NCBI GenBank assembly: GCA_036630325.1
Contig: CP142732.1
Coordinates: 1,054,001-1,118,000 of the forward strand
DNA length: 64,000 nt
From: Vairimorpha necatrix
Lineage: Eukaryota
Direction of reading: 5' to 3'
Position 1 is the first letter of the stretch, and each line of letters opens with the position of its first letter. Both the position numbers and the translations under genes were made by a program. A model generated the notes under the pieces. The model was not told the DNA's origin. It worked only from the letters and a program-made list of their open reading frames with translations, and searched no databases. Positions 1 to 10,241 of this stretch are shown here, one piece after another.

Positions 1-306
1 AATTTCTCTTTGTTTAAAAGCGTTGATGCTTTGGCTTAAAGGCCTGACATAGTCGGGATTTTTATACAAACCACATTTGTTTAAAAATGTGTACAAATAG
101 TCTCTTTGTTTTGTCGGCGTAATCAAGTCATTATATTGCTCTTGACAAACAGGAATAATCCCGACCATGGATTCAGAGTCCAAATCAAATTTTTTATTTA
201 TCAAAGATTGAATAAATTCCTTTTGTAAAATGCTTCTACTAGGCAGATAGTCTTGATTCTGAGAAGACAACCCGTTGTCGTAAATTACAATTGTAATGCT
301 AGGCAT
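1..306 (-). CDS. RPN10: 26S proteasome regulatory subunit Rpn10 (vWA domain), 5' part; runs off the window start
   Basis: Manual translation from ATG at 306, preceded by CCCCAAA: MPSITIVIYDNGLSSQNQDYLPSR...DSESMVGIIP. Resembles the Rpn10 N-terminus (DNSE..RNGDF.PTR...NPEN.VG). Not in the ORF track because it is truncated. Confidence 0.75.
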   Translation of the reverse strand, partial: MPSITIVIYDNGLSSQNQDYLPSRSILQKEFIQSLINKKFDLDSESMVGIIPVCQEQYNDLITPTKQRDYLYTFLNKCGLYKNPDYVRPLSQSINAFKQREI

Positions 307-348
307 TTTGGGGTAAACAAAAAGTAAAAAAATAAGTTAAGAATTTAT

Positions 349-771
349 TTATCGACTTGGTTTTTCTTTCTTTCCTTTAAAAAGTGCCAATAAAGAAACA
401 TTCTGGACTTTTACTACTTTATAAGATATTCCTGGAATATCTCCACAAGAATGTCCTTTCTTACCAAATCCTTCTACCACAACTTCGTCATTAAGTTCAA
501 TGTAATTCAGAGACCCGTCATGTGGCACAAAAGCAGAAATTTTCTTGCCAGTTTTGATCAACTGAATCTTGACGATTTTTCTTACAGCCGAATTTGGCTG
601 TTTAGCTTCTACACCAGTTTTTTCTAGTACAATACCCTTGGCTTGTGGTCCATTACCAATCTTAGAGTGCTTGTATTTTGTACCAAGAATCTTCTTCCTG
701 TAATACGGGTCCGATCTTCTTTTTACTTTGCGCGATTTTATTAAATCATTTGCTGCAAATAAGCCGTTCAT
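349..771 (-). CDS. RPS23: 40S ribosomal protein S23 (uS12)
   Basis: [38 protein letters not shown] at 771 after CCCCCA. Confidence 0.97.
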
Positions 772-817
772 TGGGGGCAAAAAAAATCGAAATAAAAATT
801 GCATGAATTTTTAGACC

Positions 818-1069
818 ATGTCAAGAAAAGAACTAGAAGGATGTATGAAAGACATACAGAAATATATAGAGGATACACGGACACCAAAAGAGAGAAATAA
901 CTTATTAAAGAGGAAAATTGTACATCTTGGAGCGACTGTTAAGAAGACGACTTTGAATTTTAAACATATAAAAATGTTGAAAGAACACAAAAAAATAAAA
1001 AAAGAAAATAATCAAGAAAAATTAAGAGCAGCAGGAGTTTTTAAGAAACATAAAAAGCGAAGAAATTAA
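818..1069 (+). CDS. Small basic protein, possibly a Faf1/C1orf131-like SSU biogenesis factor
   Basis: 83 aa, Lys-rich; IVHLGATVKKTTLNFK weakly resembles the LGAKPPK..YVNYK motif. Confidence 0.4.
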   Translation: MSRKELEGCMKDIQKYIEDTRTPKERNNLLKRKIVHLGATVKKTTLNFKHIKMLKEHKKIKKENNQEKLRAAGVFKKHKKRRN

Positions 1070-1208
1070 ATTTACTTGTTTTTTTACATTTGTTTTATTT
1101 ATAGAATTAATTTCCTTAAATAATAAATATCGCTTCTTTTAAATGTTGATTACGCTTTTTTTAAATAACAAATTTGCTTAATTTGAATAGCTAATAAACT
1201 TGCCCCTT

Positions 1209-2003
1209 ATGGAAATACGTGAACATTACAATAATCTTAAGAGGAAATCTCATGTAAGACACGACTCTGAGACTGCTAATATTCGTTATATTAATAATTT
1301 CATTAAAGCAATTTTAATTCGTTATTATGTCCGTCCCAAAATGTCAATTTTAGATTTGGGCTGCGGCCGAGGCGGAGACTTAAAAAAATTTTCAGCTTCA
1401 AATATTTCTGAATATTACGGCCTCGATATTTCCGAAGCATCTGTTTATGACGCAAGATTGCGACACAATTGTGGATCTAGTGATTTCAGATGTTATTTTG
1501 ATTCTCTAGATGTTTACAATACTGTTTTTAATTTAAAAAAAGAATTTGATACAATTTCTTGTCAGTTTAGCCTGCACTACGCCTTTTCCTCAGTAAAATC
1601 TTGCGAGATTACAGTCGGAAATATCAATAGACATTTGAAAATAGGTGGTTATTTCATTTTTACTGTTCCTAACAAAGAAGAAATTTTGCGTAGGTATAAA
1701 GAAGATAAATTGAATAATAAATTTTTTAGAATTCGGTATAGTGGAGAAGGAAATGAATATTATTTTACATTGACTGATTGTATAGATGATTGTATTGAAT
1801 ATTTCGTAGATATGAAGTTGTTGATAAGTTTATTTGATTTTTTTAATATTAGACTTGTAAGAAGAGAATTATTTGATGAGTTTTATTCATCGGCTTATAA
1901 ATTTAATAGAGAAATGGCAGTTAGAATGAAATGTGGAGATCTAAGTAAAGAAGATTTGGAGGTTATAAGTCTTTATGAGGTATGTGTATTTAAGAAATTC
2001 TAA
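1209..2003 (+). CDS. ABD1: mRNA cap guanine-N7 methyltransferase
   Basis: NNFIKAILI, ILDLGCGRGGDLKK, ISCQFSLHYAF, CIEYFV; CCCCTT-ATG at 1209. Confidence 0.93.
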   Translation: MEIREHYNNLKRKSHVRHDSETANIRYINNFIKAILIRYYVRPKMSILDLGCGRGGDLKKFSASNISEYYGLDISEASVYDARLRHNCGSSDFRCYFDSLDVYNTVFNLKKEFDTISCQFSLHYAFSSVKSCEITVGNINRHLKIGGYFIFTVPNKEEILRRYKEDKLNNKFFRIRYSGEGNEYYFTLTDCIDDCIEYFVDMKLLISLFDFFNIRLVRRELFDEFYSSAYKFNREMAVRMKCGDLSKEDLEVISLYEVCVFKKF

Positions 2004-2121
2004 AAAAAATACATTAGAAATTTTTAAGATTAAAAAAAATTCATTAGAAATTTTTAAGATAAAAAAAATTACATTTAAAATTTTTAAGATTAAAAAAAAT
2101 ACATTAGAAATTTGCAAGATA
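2001..2121. repeat. ~30-bp tandem repeat x4 starting at the ABD1 stop codon
   Basis: TAAAAAAAATACATTAGAAATTTTTAAGAT unit repeated with small changes. Confidence 0.85.
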
Positions 2122-2387
2122 AATTTGTAGGATTTAATTTCTAGAAGACATTGGAAATTTAAATTTACAAATGTAAAAATTTTTAAGAAAAAACATAAAA
2201 ATTTTTTATAAATTTGTAGGATAAAAAAACCTTTTTAACAATAAATTTGTAATAAATCTTTATAAATTTGTTAAAAGTTTTCATAATAAAAAATTTTAAG
2301 ATTAAACATATTTATATTGTACTGTTAATTCTAAATATTATTATAAAGAGATATTGCTCTTTATTCAATTAAACATTTTATTGGTCT

Positions 2388-2843
2388 TTATCGCCTGAAT
2401 TTTGAGCATCTTTCTTTTACTTCATTAAATGTCAGTTCCTCTTTTTTAGTACAAGAAATGTGTAGAGGAATTCTCATGTCTTTTATTAAAGTCAAGGCAT
2501 TTGTACTGTAAGCCACTTTCTCTTTAATTTTAAGTGAGTCTGGAATATAAGAAATTAGACAGAAAGTATTTTTCCACAAATCTTTATCATAAAATACGAA
2601 GTCATAAATTATATAACAGGGCGAATTAGCCTTTACAATTTCCATACATTCTTCAAATATTTCTTTAAGAATATTTTCTTGATAATTGATAGTTAGTTCT
2701 CCTTTATAGTCTAAGCCTCCATTTTTTATGACCTTGTAAGTTACGGGGTCTAAGTTTGGAATATTGAAAACTGTGTACATGTTTGATCTTTTTCTTAAGC
2801 TTTCGACTTCTCGTTCTACGTCAGTGAAACCAGGGACATTCAT
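2388..2843 (-). CDS. COF1: Cofilin / actin-depolymerising factor
   Basis: PCYIIYDF, LISYIPDSLKIKEKVAYST match the ADF-H pattern; ATG at 2843 after CCC. Confidence 0.8.
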   Translation of the reverse strand: MNVPGFTDVEREVESLRKRSNMYTVFNIPNLDPVTYKVIKNGGLDYKGELTINYQENILKEIFEECMEIVKANSPCYIIYDFVFYDKDLWKNTFCLISYIPDSLKIKEKVAYSTNALTLIKDMRIPLHISCTKKEELTFNEVKERCSKFRR

Positions 2844-3083
2844 AAGTAGGGTAAAAAAAATAAAGCCAAAGACAAATGAGAATAACCAAAACAATATAAC
2901 AATGTATATAACAATGTAGATATAACAATGTATATTTTAATTATAAAAATGTATTAAGATATTATAATATAAATAAATTTATAATTCATTTATTGACCAA
3001 TGATTTAGTTCATCAAATTTCGTAGTAAACCAATCAGTTTAAACCTCCTTTTTTAATATAAAAAACAAATAACTTCTTGAAAC

Positions 3084-3692
3084 ATGGCCAGTCATGAAGA
3101 CAAGAAATCTGGGAAAGTCGTCGTAGTAGGAGATGGCGCATGTGGTAAGACTTGTTTACTAGAAGTCTTCAGAAGAAACCAATTTCCTGCTTCTTATGTT
3201 CCAACTGTAGTCGACAATTTCGCCAAGGACGTCTTAATTCAAACCTCAAACGGAGAGCAGAAAATCGTCAACTTGGCCCTGTGGGATACCGCAGGCCAAG
3301 AAGATTATGACACGATAAGACCTTTATCTTACAGAGACACTGATCTAGTACTAATTTGTTATACTATAGAAAACAAAAATAAACTGAGTAATATAAACAG
3401 GAAATGGTTAATGGAAATAAAAAATTACTGCCCTGGCGCGGGATTCTTTTTAATAGCCTTGAAAACTGATCTAAGAACTGACAAAGATCCGACGCTTGAT
3501 AAAACTAATTTTGTGTCTGAACAAGATGGGAAAGATTTGGCAGTTTCAATAAAAGCGAGTAAATTCTTAGAATGTTCAGCCTTGACTGGGCAAAATGTAA
3601 ATGAGACATTTGAAGAGGCGGCGAAATATATTTTTAGTATAAAAGAAGCGGAGTCTGTTGACAAAGGATGTGGGTGTTTTCCATGTTGTTAA
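3084..3692 (+). CDS. RHO1: Rho-family GTPase (Rho1)
   Basis: GDGACGKT, YVPTVVDN, LALWDTAGQEDYDTIRPLSY, ECSA; Cys-rich C-terminus. Confidence 0.93.
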   Translation: MASHEDKKSGKVVVVGDGACGKTCLLEVFRRNQFPASYVPTVVDNFAKDVLIQTSNGEQKIVNLALWDTAGQEDYDTIRPLSYRDTDLVLICYTIENKNKLSNINRKWLMEIKNYCPGAGFFLIALKTDLRTDKDPTLDKTNFVSEQDGKDLAVSIKASKFLECSALTGQNVNETFEEAAKYIFSIKEAESVDKGCGCFPCC

Positions 3693-4025
3693 TAAAAAAA
3701 ATATGTTGAATTTTATCTTTTTACAAACTCTATTGTTTTTTTTAAACTCTATTGTTTTTTTAATGTATTAAACTAATACTTCTATTTTTATTTGATGTAT
3801 TCAACTAATAACTCTAATATTGTTAGATTACATTAAACTTTACTTCTATCTTTAATGAAGTGTTTTATGTTGCTCAAATGGAGTCAGAGTTTGCGAAAAT
3901 TGAAGTCGATCTGAAGCTAAAAATTTTAAAAAAAAGATTTTTGATCAATAAGTGGATTTTGTAAAAATCAATTTTAAAAGTTGAAAACATTGATTAAATA
4001 TTTGACCACATTTTTTTATTTCCCC

Positions 4026-4916
4026 ATGTCTGATTCTTTCCAAAAAATCGAGAAAATTGGAGAAGGAACTTATGGCGTAGTTTATAAGGCTAAAGAAAGA
4101 AGAACAGGAAAAATTGTTGCTTTAAAAAAAATAAGACTAGAAAACGAATCAGAAGGAATTCCTCCTACCACTATCCGGGAAATATTACTTCTTAAAAATC
4201 TGAAACATTCTACTATTGTAAATTTACAAGATGTAATTTACAATAATGATAAAATGTATTTAGTCTTCGAATTTATAGACATGGATCTTAGACAATATTT
4301 AGACAGTCTGTATAGTGACAGTATTCTTGTAAAACCAAATATCTTAAGGAAAATGTCTTTTCAACTTATAACAGCCATAAATTTTTGTCATTCTAAAAAT
4401 ATTTTTCATCGTGACCTTAAGCCACAAAATCTTCTTATTGATTCTAAAGGGAATCTAAAACTGGCGGATTTCGGGCTCGGCCGCCTGGCCAGTGTGCCGC
4501 TTAGAACTTACACGACTGAAGTGGTGACACTTTGGTACAGGCCGCCCGAGTTATTACTGGGTAGTAAGTATTATGACGCGTCAGTGGATGTATGGAGTGC
4601 AGGATGTATCATCTCTGAAATAATATTATTAAGACCGATTTTCGCAGGAGATTCTGAGATAGACCAACTTTTTAAAATTTTTAAAATACTAGGAACTCCT
4701 AATAATATAAAATGGAAGAGCGTCGAGACTCTACCTAATTATCAGGAATCATTTCCTAAATATAACCCGGTCGATTTGGAAGACATATTGTCTACTGATT
4801 CAAATTTGATATCTCTTCTTAGAGAAATATTTATTTATGATCCAATAGAGCGAATTAGTGCACAGAAAGCTTTAGCTTCTAAATATTTTATGGGGTTGGA
4901 ACCCATTTATGAATAA
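4026..4916 (+). CDS. CDK1: Cyclin-dependent kinase 1 (Cdc2/Cdc28)
   Basis: GEGTYG, PPTTIRE (PSTAIRE variant), HRDLKPQN, YTTEVVTLWYR, GDSEIDQ; CCCC-ATG at 4026. Confidence 0.93.
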   Translation: MSDSFQKIEKIGEGTYGVVYKAKERRTGKIVALKKIRLENESEGIPPTTIREILLLKNLKHSTIVNLQDVIYNNDKMYLVFEFIDMDLRQYLDSLYSDSILVKPNILRKMSFQLITAINFCHSKNIFHRDLKPQNLLIDSKGNLKLADFGLGRLASVPLRTYTTEVVTLWYRPPELLLGSKYYDASVDVWSAGCIISEIILLRPIFAGDSEIDQLFKIFKILGTPNNIKWKSVETLPNYQESFPKYNPVDLEDILSTDSNLISLLREIFIYDPIERISAQKALASKYFMGLEPIYE

Positions 4917-4934
4917 AAAATTGTTTTCTAATAT

Positions 4935-5789
4935 AAAATTTTTGGGTGAAGGATACTTTAGACCCCCCCTTTGAAGCGCTTCAATTTTTTTTTCGAACCC
5001 CAAAATTGAAGTGCAAAAAAAAAGAGGAGCAAGAAAGGGACAAAAATTTCTTATCACTTTAAACATTAAAAATAACAAATAAATATATGCTTTTATACAA
5101 AAATTAATTTTAGATTTAGTTATAATAATCATTTGAAGTATTGTGTCTTTTTTCGCCCTTCTTATTTTTTCAATTTTTTTTAATTGTTGGTTTATTATTA
5201 AAGTAGATTTTCTTCAAAAATCTACTTTAATAATAAACCAACAATTAAAATTATAAATATTATTTATAAAAGAAAATTTAAATAAATGTTCAACGATCTA
5301 CACATATTGTTAAATCAAAAAATTTAATTTAAATATGTTAAGTTATAAAGAATTATATAGTTTTATGGTTATAATCTTTTTTTAAATTAGATTTCGTATA
5401 CAAATATATATTTATTTGGTATTTTTACTGTTTGAAGATGCAAGTAATTTGAGTACTAATGATTGCTTCTCCTTTATTTTGCACTTCGTTTTTGGGGTTC
5501 AAAATTATAAAGTGAACACTCTCAGAGGGGAGCGTTTTTGTCCCCAATTCTAAAAAATCAGAAGGGCAAAATTAGCTTATTGGTTTATATTATTGTAAAA
5601 ACTTGTATTAAAATATAATTGTGTGCATAAATATATATTTATTTTGTATTTTTAATGTTTAAAGTGATAAGAAATTTTTGTCCCTTTCTTGCTCCTCTTT
5701 TTTTTTGCACTTCAATTTTGGGGTTCGAAAAAAAAATTGAAGCGCTTCAAAGGGGGGGGGTCTAAAGTACCCCACCTCCAAAATTTTTT
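4935..5789. mobile_element. Non-autonomous foldback/MITE-like element with long inverted arms
   Basis: ~4951-5075 (TACTTTAGACCCCCCCTTTGAAGCGC...AAACATTAAAAATA) is the near-perfect reverse complement of ~5646-5770; no ORF; no TSD found; related sequence at 29490-30660. Confidence 0.75.
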
Positions 5790-6013
5790 ACCTAAAAAAA
5801 CATTATTCAAAGTTAAATTGATTAGTACAATATCATCAGAATGAATTTAATATTGGGTTTTTAAAGAATTTAAACTACGGCGCGATATTCAACTTCTATA
5901 TGTTAAATATTAGCTTGTAAAAAAAAGTAATTTTTTTATGATAAGGCAAACAAAAAGTTACACAAATTATTTTATATAAACAAAGGTTTTTAAAAACATT
6001 AAATTATTTTATT

Positions 6014-7240
6014 TTAAGACAAAAGGCTTTGTACAATATCATCAGAATCAATTTTCATTAGATCATTATTAGTTTGACCTGTTCCTAAAAATAATACAGG
6101 CGCGTGACTAGAAAATGTCATATTCAATATTTGTCCAATTTTATCATCCACTGTATCAACTTTGGTCAAAATTATACTGTCAATTTTCCTATTAGCATTT
6201 CCTTTTTCAATAAACTTATTAAATTCTCTTATATGATCAAGACTGTCTGCTCCTACCAAGGCTTCTCCTACATAGACAATATAATCTGGTACATTGACTT
6301 TTATAAGCTTAGACAAACTGTCCATTAGTGTCGATTTATTGTGCATCCTACCAGCAGTGTCTATTAAAATTACATCATATTTTTCATTAGTGGCTATTTG
6401 TACAGCCGTGCGTGCAACTGACGCGTCATCTTTCCCGTATCCTTTTTCATAAAACCCGACATTGTGTCCACTTCCTCTAAACCTGTCAACATGGACTTTT
6501 AATTGTTCAACTGCGCCTGCTCTAAAAGTATCACAAGCTGCTATATAAACTTTCAAATCATTTTCTAATAACCAATAACAAATTTTAGCCAACGATGTAC
6601 TTTTTCCTACACCATTGACACCTACAAAGCATATTGAAAATGGCGTATCTTTATTTTTAATTTTTTTTAAAAATTTTTCATGATCAACTGACGGTATTAA
6701 TTTTTGTAAAACGTTAGACACATATTTTTTAAATATGTCTGGCGTGACATATTCGATATTTTCATCTTTAAATTGATTAATTACACATTCTGTTAAAATT
6801 TTTGTAGTATCGTAATCTACATTTTTTTTTACAAGATGCAATTCCATTTTATCTTTAAGTTCTTCAATATGGATTTTATTTGTAAAAAGGTTAAAACCTT
6901 TTTTAAAAGTTTTTTTACTGACAGTTTCAATGATTTTCTGTTTTATAACAGAAGTAGTTGAATAATTAAGTTTTTGTTCTTCAGTTTCGATTTCTTTTTT
7001 TTCGACTTCTTTGGTTTCTTTTTGTTTGTTAATGAGATCGTGTATTTGTTGTGTATGTCCTACGCTCATGTAAACTATGTTTCCTCTTATTTCGTATTCT
7101 ACTTTTTCATCTCTGACAGTTTTAGTTCCTACTAAAGAATTAGTATCAATTGATAATATGACATTCTTTAAGAAGTTTGGTTGTAAGCCTTCTTCGAAAA
7201 GAATGTTTCCTCGTGTATTAAATATTACAAAATAAGACAT
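6014..7240 (-). CDS. SRP101: Signal recognition particle receptor alpha subunit
   Basis: GVNGVGKSTSLAK, ACDTFRAGAVEQL, DTAGRM, VGEALVG, TKVDT, GTGQ. Confidence 0.95.
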   Translation of the reverse strand: MSYFVIFNTRGNILFEEGLQPNFLKNVILSIDTNSLVGTKTVRDEKVEYEIRGNIVYMSVGHTQQIHDLINKQKETKEVEKKEIETEEQKLNYSTTSVIKQKIIETVSKKTFKKGFNLFTNKIHIEELKDKMELHLVKKNVDYDTTKILTECVINQFKDENIEYVTPDIFKKYVSNVLQKLIPSVDHEKFLKKIKNKDTPFSICFVGVNGVGKSTSLAKICYWLLENDLKVYIAACDTFRAGAVEQLKVHVDRFRGSGHNVGFYEKGYGKDDASVARTAVQIATNEKYDVILIDTAGRMHNKSTLMDSLSKLIKVNVPDYIVYVGEALVGADSLDHIREFNKFIEKGNANRKIDSIILTKVDTVDDKIGQILNMTFSSHAPVLFLGTGQTNNDLMKIDSDDIVQSLLS

Positions 7241-7497
7241 TTGGGGTTAAAAATCTAAATGTCAGTTAAAGAATTAAAAACGAACTATTAAAAAAAATAT
7301 ATTAGAAAATGCAATAAATTAGAAAATGTAAAATATAAAAACTAAAATGCAATTTGAGATGATGATTAAATCTATAAAAAATGATCTTTAGTAATATATT
7401 TCAAAAAAGCTCTTTGTGTTATAAGAACACAAACAAGCTTGGCGCTTACTTTTTGAAAATTAAAATGGTTGGCAAATTTTTAAAATTTCGCCCCCAA

Positions 7498-8199
7498 ATG
7501 GAAAAGCTTCTCGAATTCATAAAAACATATGAAAATGGTGTAACAGAAGAACAAATCTTGATTATGAACCCAAATCTAAACAAAGAGTCTTTAGTAAAAA
7601 TTTTAAATAAATTAATAAAAAATAATACTTTAACGGTCTATAAAAACGGACCCAAGATTTTTTATAAAGCGATAATAAATGCTTCTGATGATTACGAAAG
7701 TTTAATTATAAATTTGATAAGTCAAAGTGGCACAGAAGGCTTGTGGATTAAAGACATTAGAGAAAAAACTAATATGCCTCAAAATTTAATATTAAAAATG
7801 TTGAGTCAGTTAGAAAACAAGCGAATAATTAAAAGCATGAAGAATATGAAGAATAATCGTAAAGTTTATGTACTTTTTGATGTAATTCCTTCTGATGAAG
7901 TTACAGGCGGCTTTTGGTTTAATGACAATGACGTGGACGTTGAGTGCGTGGAAAATGTCAGTAAAATTGTTTATAATTTTATTGATAAGAAGACGCGTAT
8001 TGATGAAGAGAATGCTATGAATAAATATTCTAATAATCCATCTTTATTAGAAATTACAGAGTTTATTAATACGTTGAATTTTTTAAATAGTAAAGTTAAG
8101 GAGACTGAACTCCGTACACTTTTGTTTACTTTAGTTTATGATAATAAAATAGAAGCTTTGAATGATCAAGGAACAGAGAGATTTAGAGTCCTTAAGTAA
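7498..8199 (+). CDS. RPC34: RNA polymerase III subunit C34
   Basis: GLWIKDIREKTN, KSMKN..NRKVYVLFDVIPSDEVTGGFWF, TLVYDNKIE; CCCCCAA-ATG at 7498. Confidence 0.88.
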   Translation: MEKLLEFIKTYENGVTEEQILIMNPNLNKESLVKILNKLIKNNTLTVYKNGPKIFYKAIINASDDYESLIINLISQSGTEGLWIKDIREKTNMPQNLILKMLSQLENKRIIKSMKNMKNNRKVYVLFDVIPSDEVTGGFWFNDNDVDVECVENVSKIVYNFIDKKTRIDEENAMNKYSNNPSLLEITEFINTLNFLNSKVKETELRTLLFTLVYDNKIEALNDQGTERFRVLK

Positions 8200-8431
8200 A
8201 TAAAACAGTAAGAAATAGAATAAAAATATTTTTCAGTTAGGTTGAAATCTTGAATTTTTTATAAAATAGAATTTCTTAAAAGGCGAAATTTAAAAAATTT
8301 TATTAAAAAAAAAAAATTTAAAAAATTTTAAAATCTTTTGAAAAGTCTTTTAAGTTAAATTATTTTTTAATTTTTTTTGTTACACTAAAATCATTTCCTT
8401 TTTAAATTTTTCATCCTTTTTGAGGGGTATA

Positions 8432-9433
8432 ATGTCAAGTGAATGCAAAATGTCAAGTGAGTCGTCAAATGGCCGCCAGATTAAAGTCAAATGCCATGAA
8501 AGACCAATTACTGATCTTAAATTTAATAAAGACGGAGATTTGATTTTTACATCTTCCAAAGATTCCACTTGTAATGTTCTTTACACTGATGGCACACCTC
8601 TTGGCTCTTTTTCTGGGCACGACGGCTCAATTTTTTCCTTTTCGCTGAGCGACAATTCGCAATTTCTGCTGACTGGCAGTGCAGACCAGTCGGTCGTCCA
8701 ATGGGACATAGAAAAAGGACTCAAAATAAACCAAGAACAAATAAAAAGTGTAATAAAGGCCACAGATAACTTCAAAAACGAGAATTTATTTATTATCGGC
8801 TGTGATGGATCAATGGGCAAAGATAAATGCATTTTACTGTATGACTGTAGAAGTAAAGAAAGCAATAAACTAATAAGCTTAGATACAAATCCTACAGGAA
8901 TATTAATAGATTATTCACAAAATAATGTTTTAATATCAAATGATGACGGGTCAATTTGTCAACTTGATCTTAGAAATAATTTGATAATTAATAAAGCACA
9001 AGTTCATACAAGTAAGATTACGAAAATTAAGCCAAGTGCGTGTAGAACATTTTTAGTAAGTTCGTCAATAGACTCACAGGCTAAAATAGTGGACATGGCA
9101 AATTTGAACACAATAAAGACTTTTGTGTGTGAAGAGCCAATAAACTGCTCAGTGATATTCGGGACAAATGATAAAATAATTTGCGTAGGTGGAATAAACG
9201 CGAGAGATGTGACACAAAGTAAAGGAAAAAATAAATTTGACACTAAATTCTTTGATGTGGTCACTACTGAGCAAATTGGATTTTATACTACGCATTATGG
9301 AACTATAAACTGTGTAGATGTTAATACAGACGGGACAATGTATTGCTCCGGGGGAGAAACGGGTTTATTGTCAGTGGTTAATTTTGGAGAAGATTTTTAT
9401 AATTCTGGATTTACTAATTTTAATAAATTTTAA
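8432..9433 (+). CDS. TIF34: Translation initiation factor eIF3 subunit i (WD40)
   Basis: HERPITDLKFNKDGDLIFTSSKD, GGINARDVT, HYGTINCV, SGGE. Confidence 0.9.
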   Translation: MSSECKMSSESSNGRQIKVKCHERPITDLKFNKDGDLIFTSSKDSTCNVLYTDGTPLGSFSGHDGSIFSFSLSDNSQFLLTGSADQSVVQWDIEKGLKINQEQIKSVIKATDNFKNENLFIIGCDGSMGKDKCILLYDCRSKESNKLISLDTNPTGILIDYSQNNVLISNDDGSICQLDLRNNLIINKAQVHTSKITKIKPSACRTFLVSSSIDSQAKIVDMANLNTIKTFVCEEPINCSVIFGTNDKIICVGGINARDVTQSKGKNKFDTKFFDVVTTEQIGFYTTHYGTINCVDVNTDGTMYCSGGETGLLSVVNFGEDFYNSGFTNFNKF

Positions 9434-9497
9434 ATTAGTTTGCCAAGAATTTGTTTGTTTTAAACTCTAAATTTATATGAAAAAAATTTAAATGTTA

Positions 9498-9620
9498 ATT
9501 TGAAATATATTAATTTGAGATATGTTCATTTAAGATATGTTCATTTGAAATATGTTCATTTGAAATATGTTCATTTGATATGTTAATTTGAAATATGTTA
9601 ATTTGAAATATGTTCATTTT
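9498..9620. repeat. ~15-bp minisatellite
   Basis: TTTGAAATATGTT(C/A)A unit, about 8 copies, between convergent genes. Confidence 0.85.
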
Positions 9621-10042
9621 TATTTTATTTCAGTTTTCGTTGTGTTCTTATTTATTACATCATATTCCTTATTATCTTTTTTTATTATTATTGATCCATC
9701 TACAAATCTTATCTCTTTGATTCCACTGGGATATGATCTTTCTATTTGTCCATTATCAAATTCATATGTTATGACTTTAGTCTTTGAATCATAAAGATAT
9801 CTATATTTATCTCGTATCACATAGGTAGACCCATCTTGTAAATAATATCGAACTTTCTTATTTGTTATTTCTTTATGTATAACTTTTTTAGAATCTAAAA
9901 TGTCTTTATATTCATTATTTAATTCTTTTAATTTTTCTATTTCTTTTTTTAATAATTCGATAATTGACGGTTTTTTATTTGACTCGATTTTTTCCATCAA
10001 TCTGTTTATGCTGTTAATTTTTTCTTTTATAGTTTTTAGCAT
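9620..10042 (-). CDS. Coiled-coil protein with a TCP10/CPAP C-terminal-like beta repeat
   Basis: N-terminal coiled coil, then YYLQDGS, YEFDNGQIE, SYPSGIKE, RFVDGS hairpin repeats; CCCTGTTT-ATG at 10042. Confidence 0.55.
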   Translation of the reverse strand: MLKTIKEKINSINRLMEKIESNKKPSIIELLKKEIEKLKELNNEYKDILDSKKVIHKEITNKKVRYYLQDGSTYVIRDKYRYLYDSKTKVITYEFDNGQIERSYPSGIKEIRFVDGSIIIKKDNKEYDVINKNTTKTEIK

Positions 10043-10241
10043 AAACAGGGTTCTTTTTAAAAATGAATATTCCCATATAAAAACATTGCTTTCTAATATT
10101 ATAACTAAAAAGGTTTGATTTATTATCGAAATAAAACTATTTAACTTAACATAATACAATTTACAAGATTTATTTTCCGTTTTTAATATTTAGTACTTTC
10201 TCAATAAAATAAGATTTTCCGTTATTTTTTTAATCCCTAAA

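Noticed and set aside
5824-5847. GTACAATATCATCAGAAT, duplicating the SRP receptor 3' end (6031-6048)
   Set aside because: Too short to interpret; probably filler or a local duplication beside the foldback element
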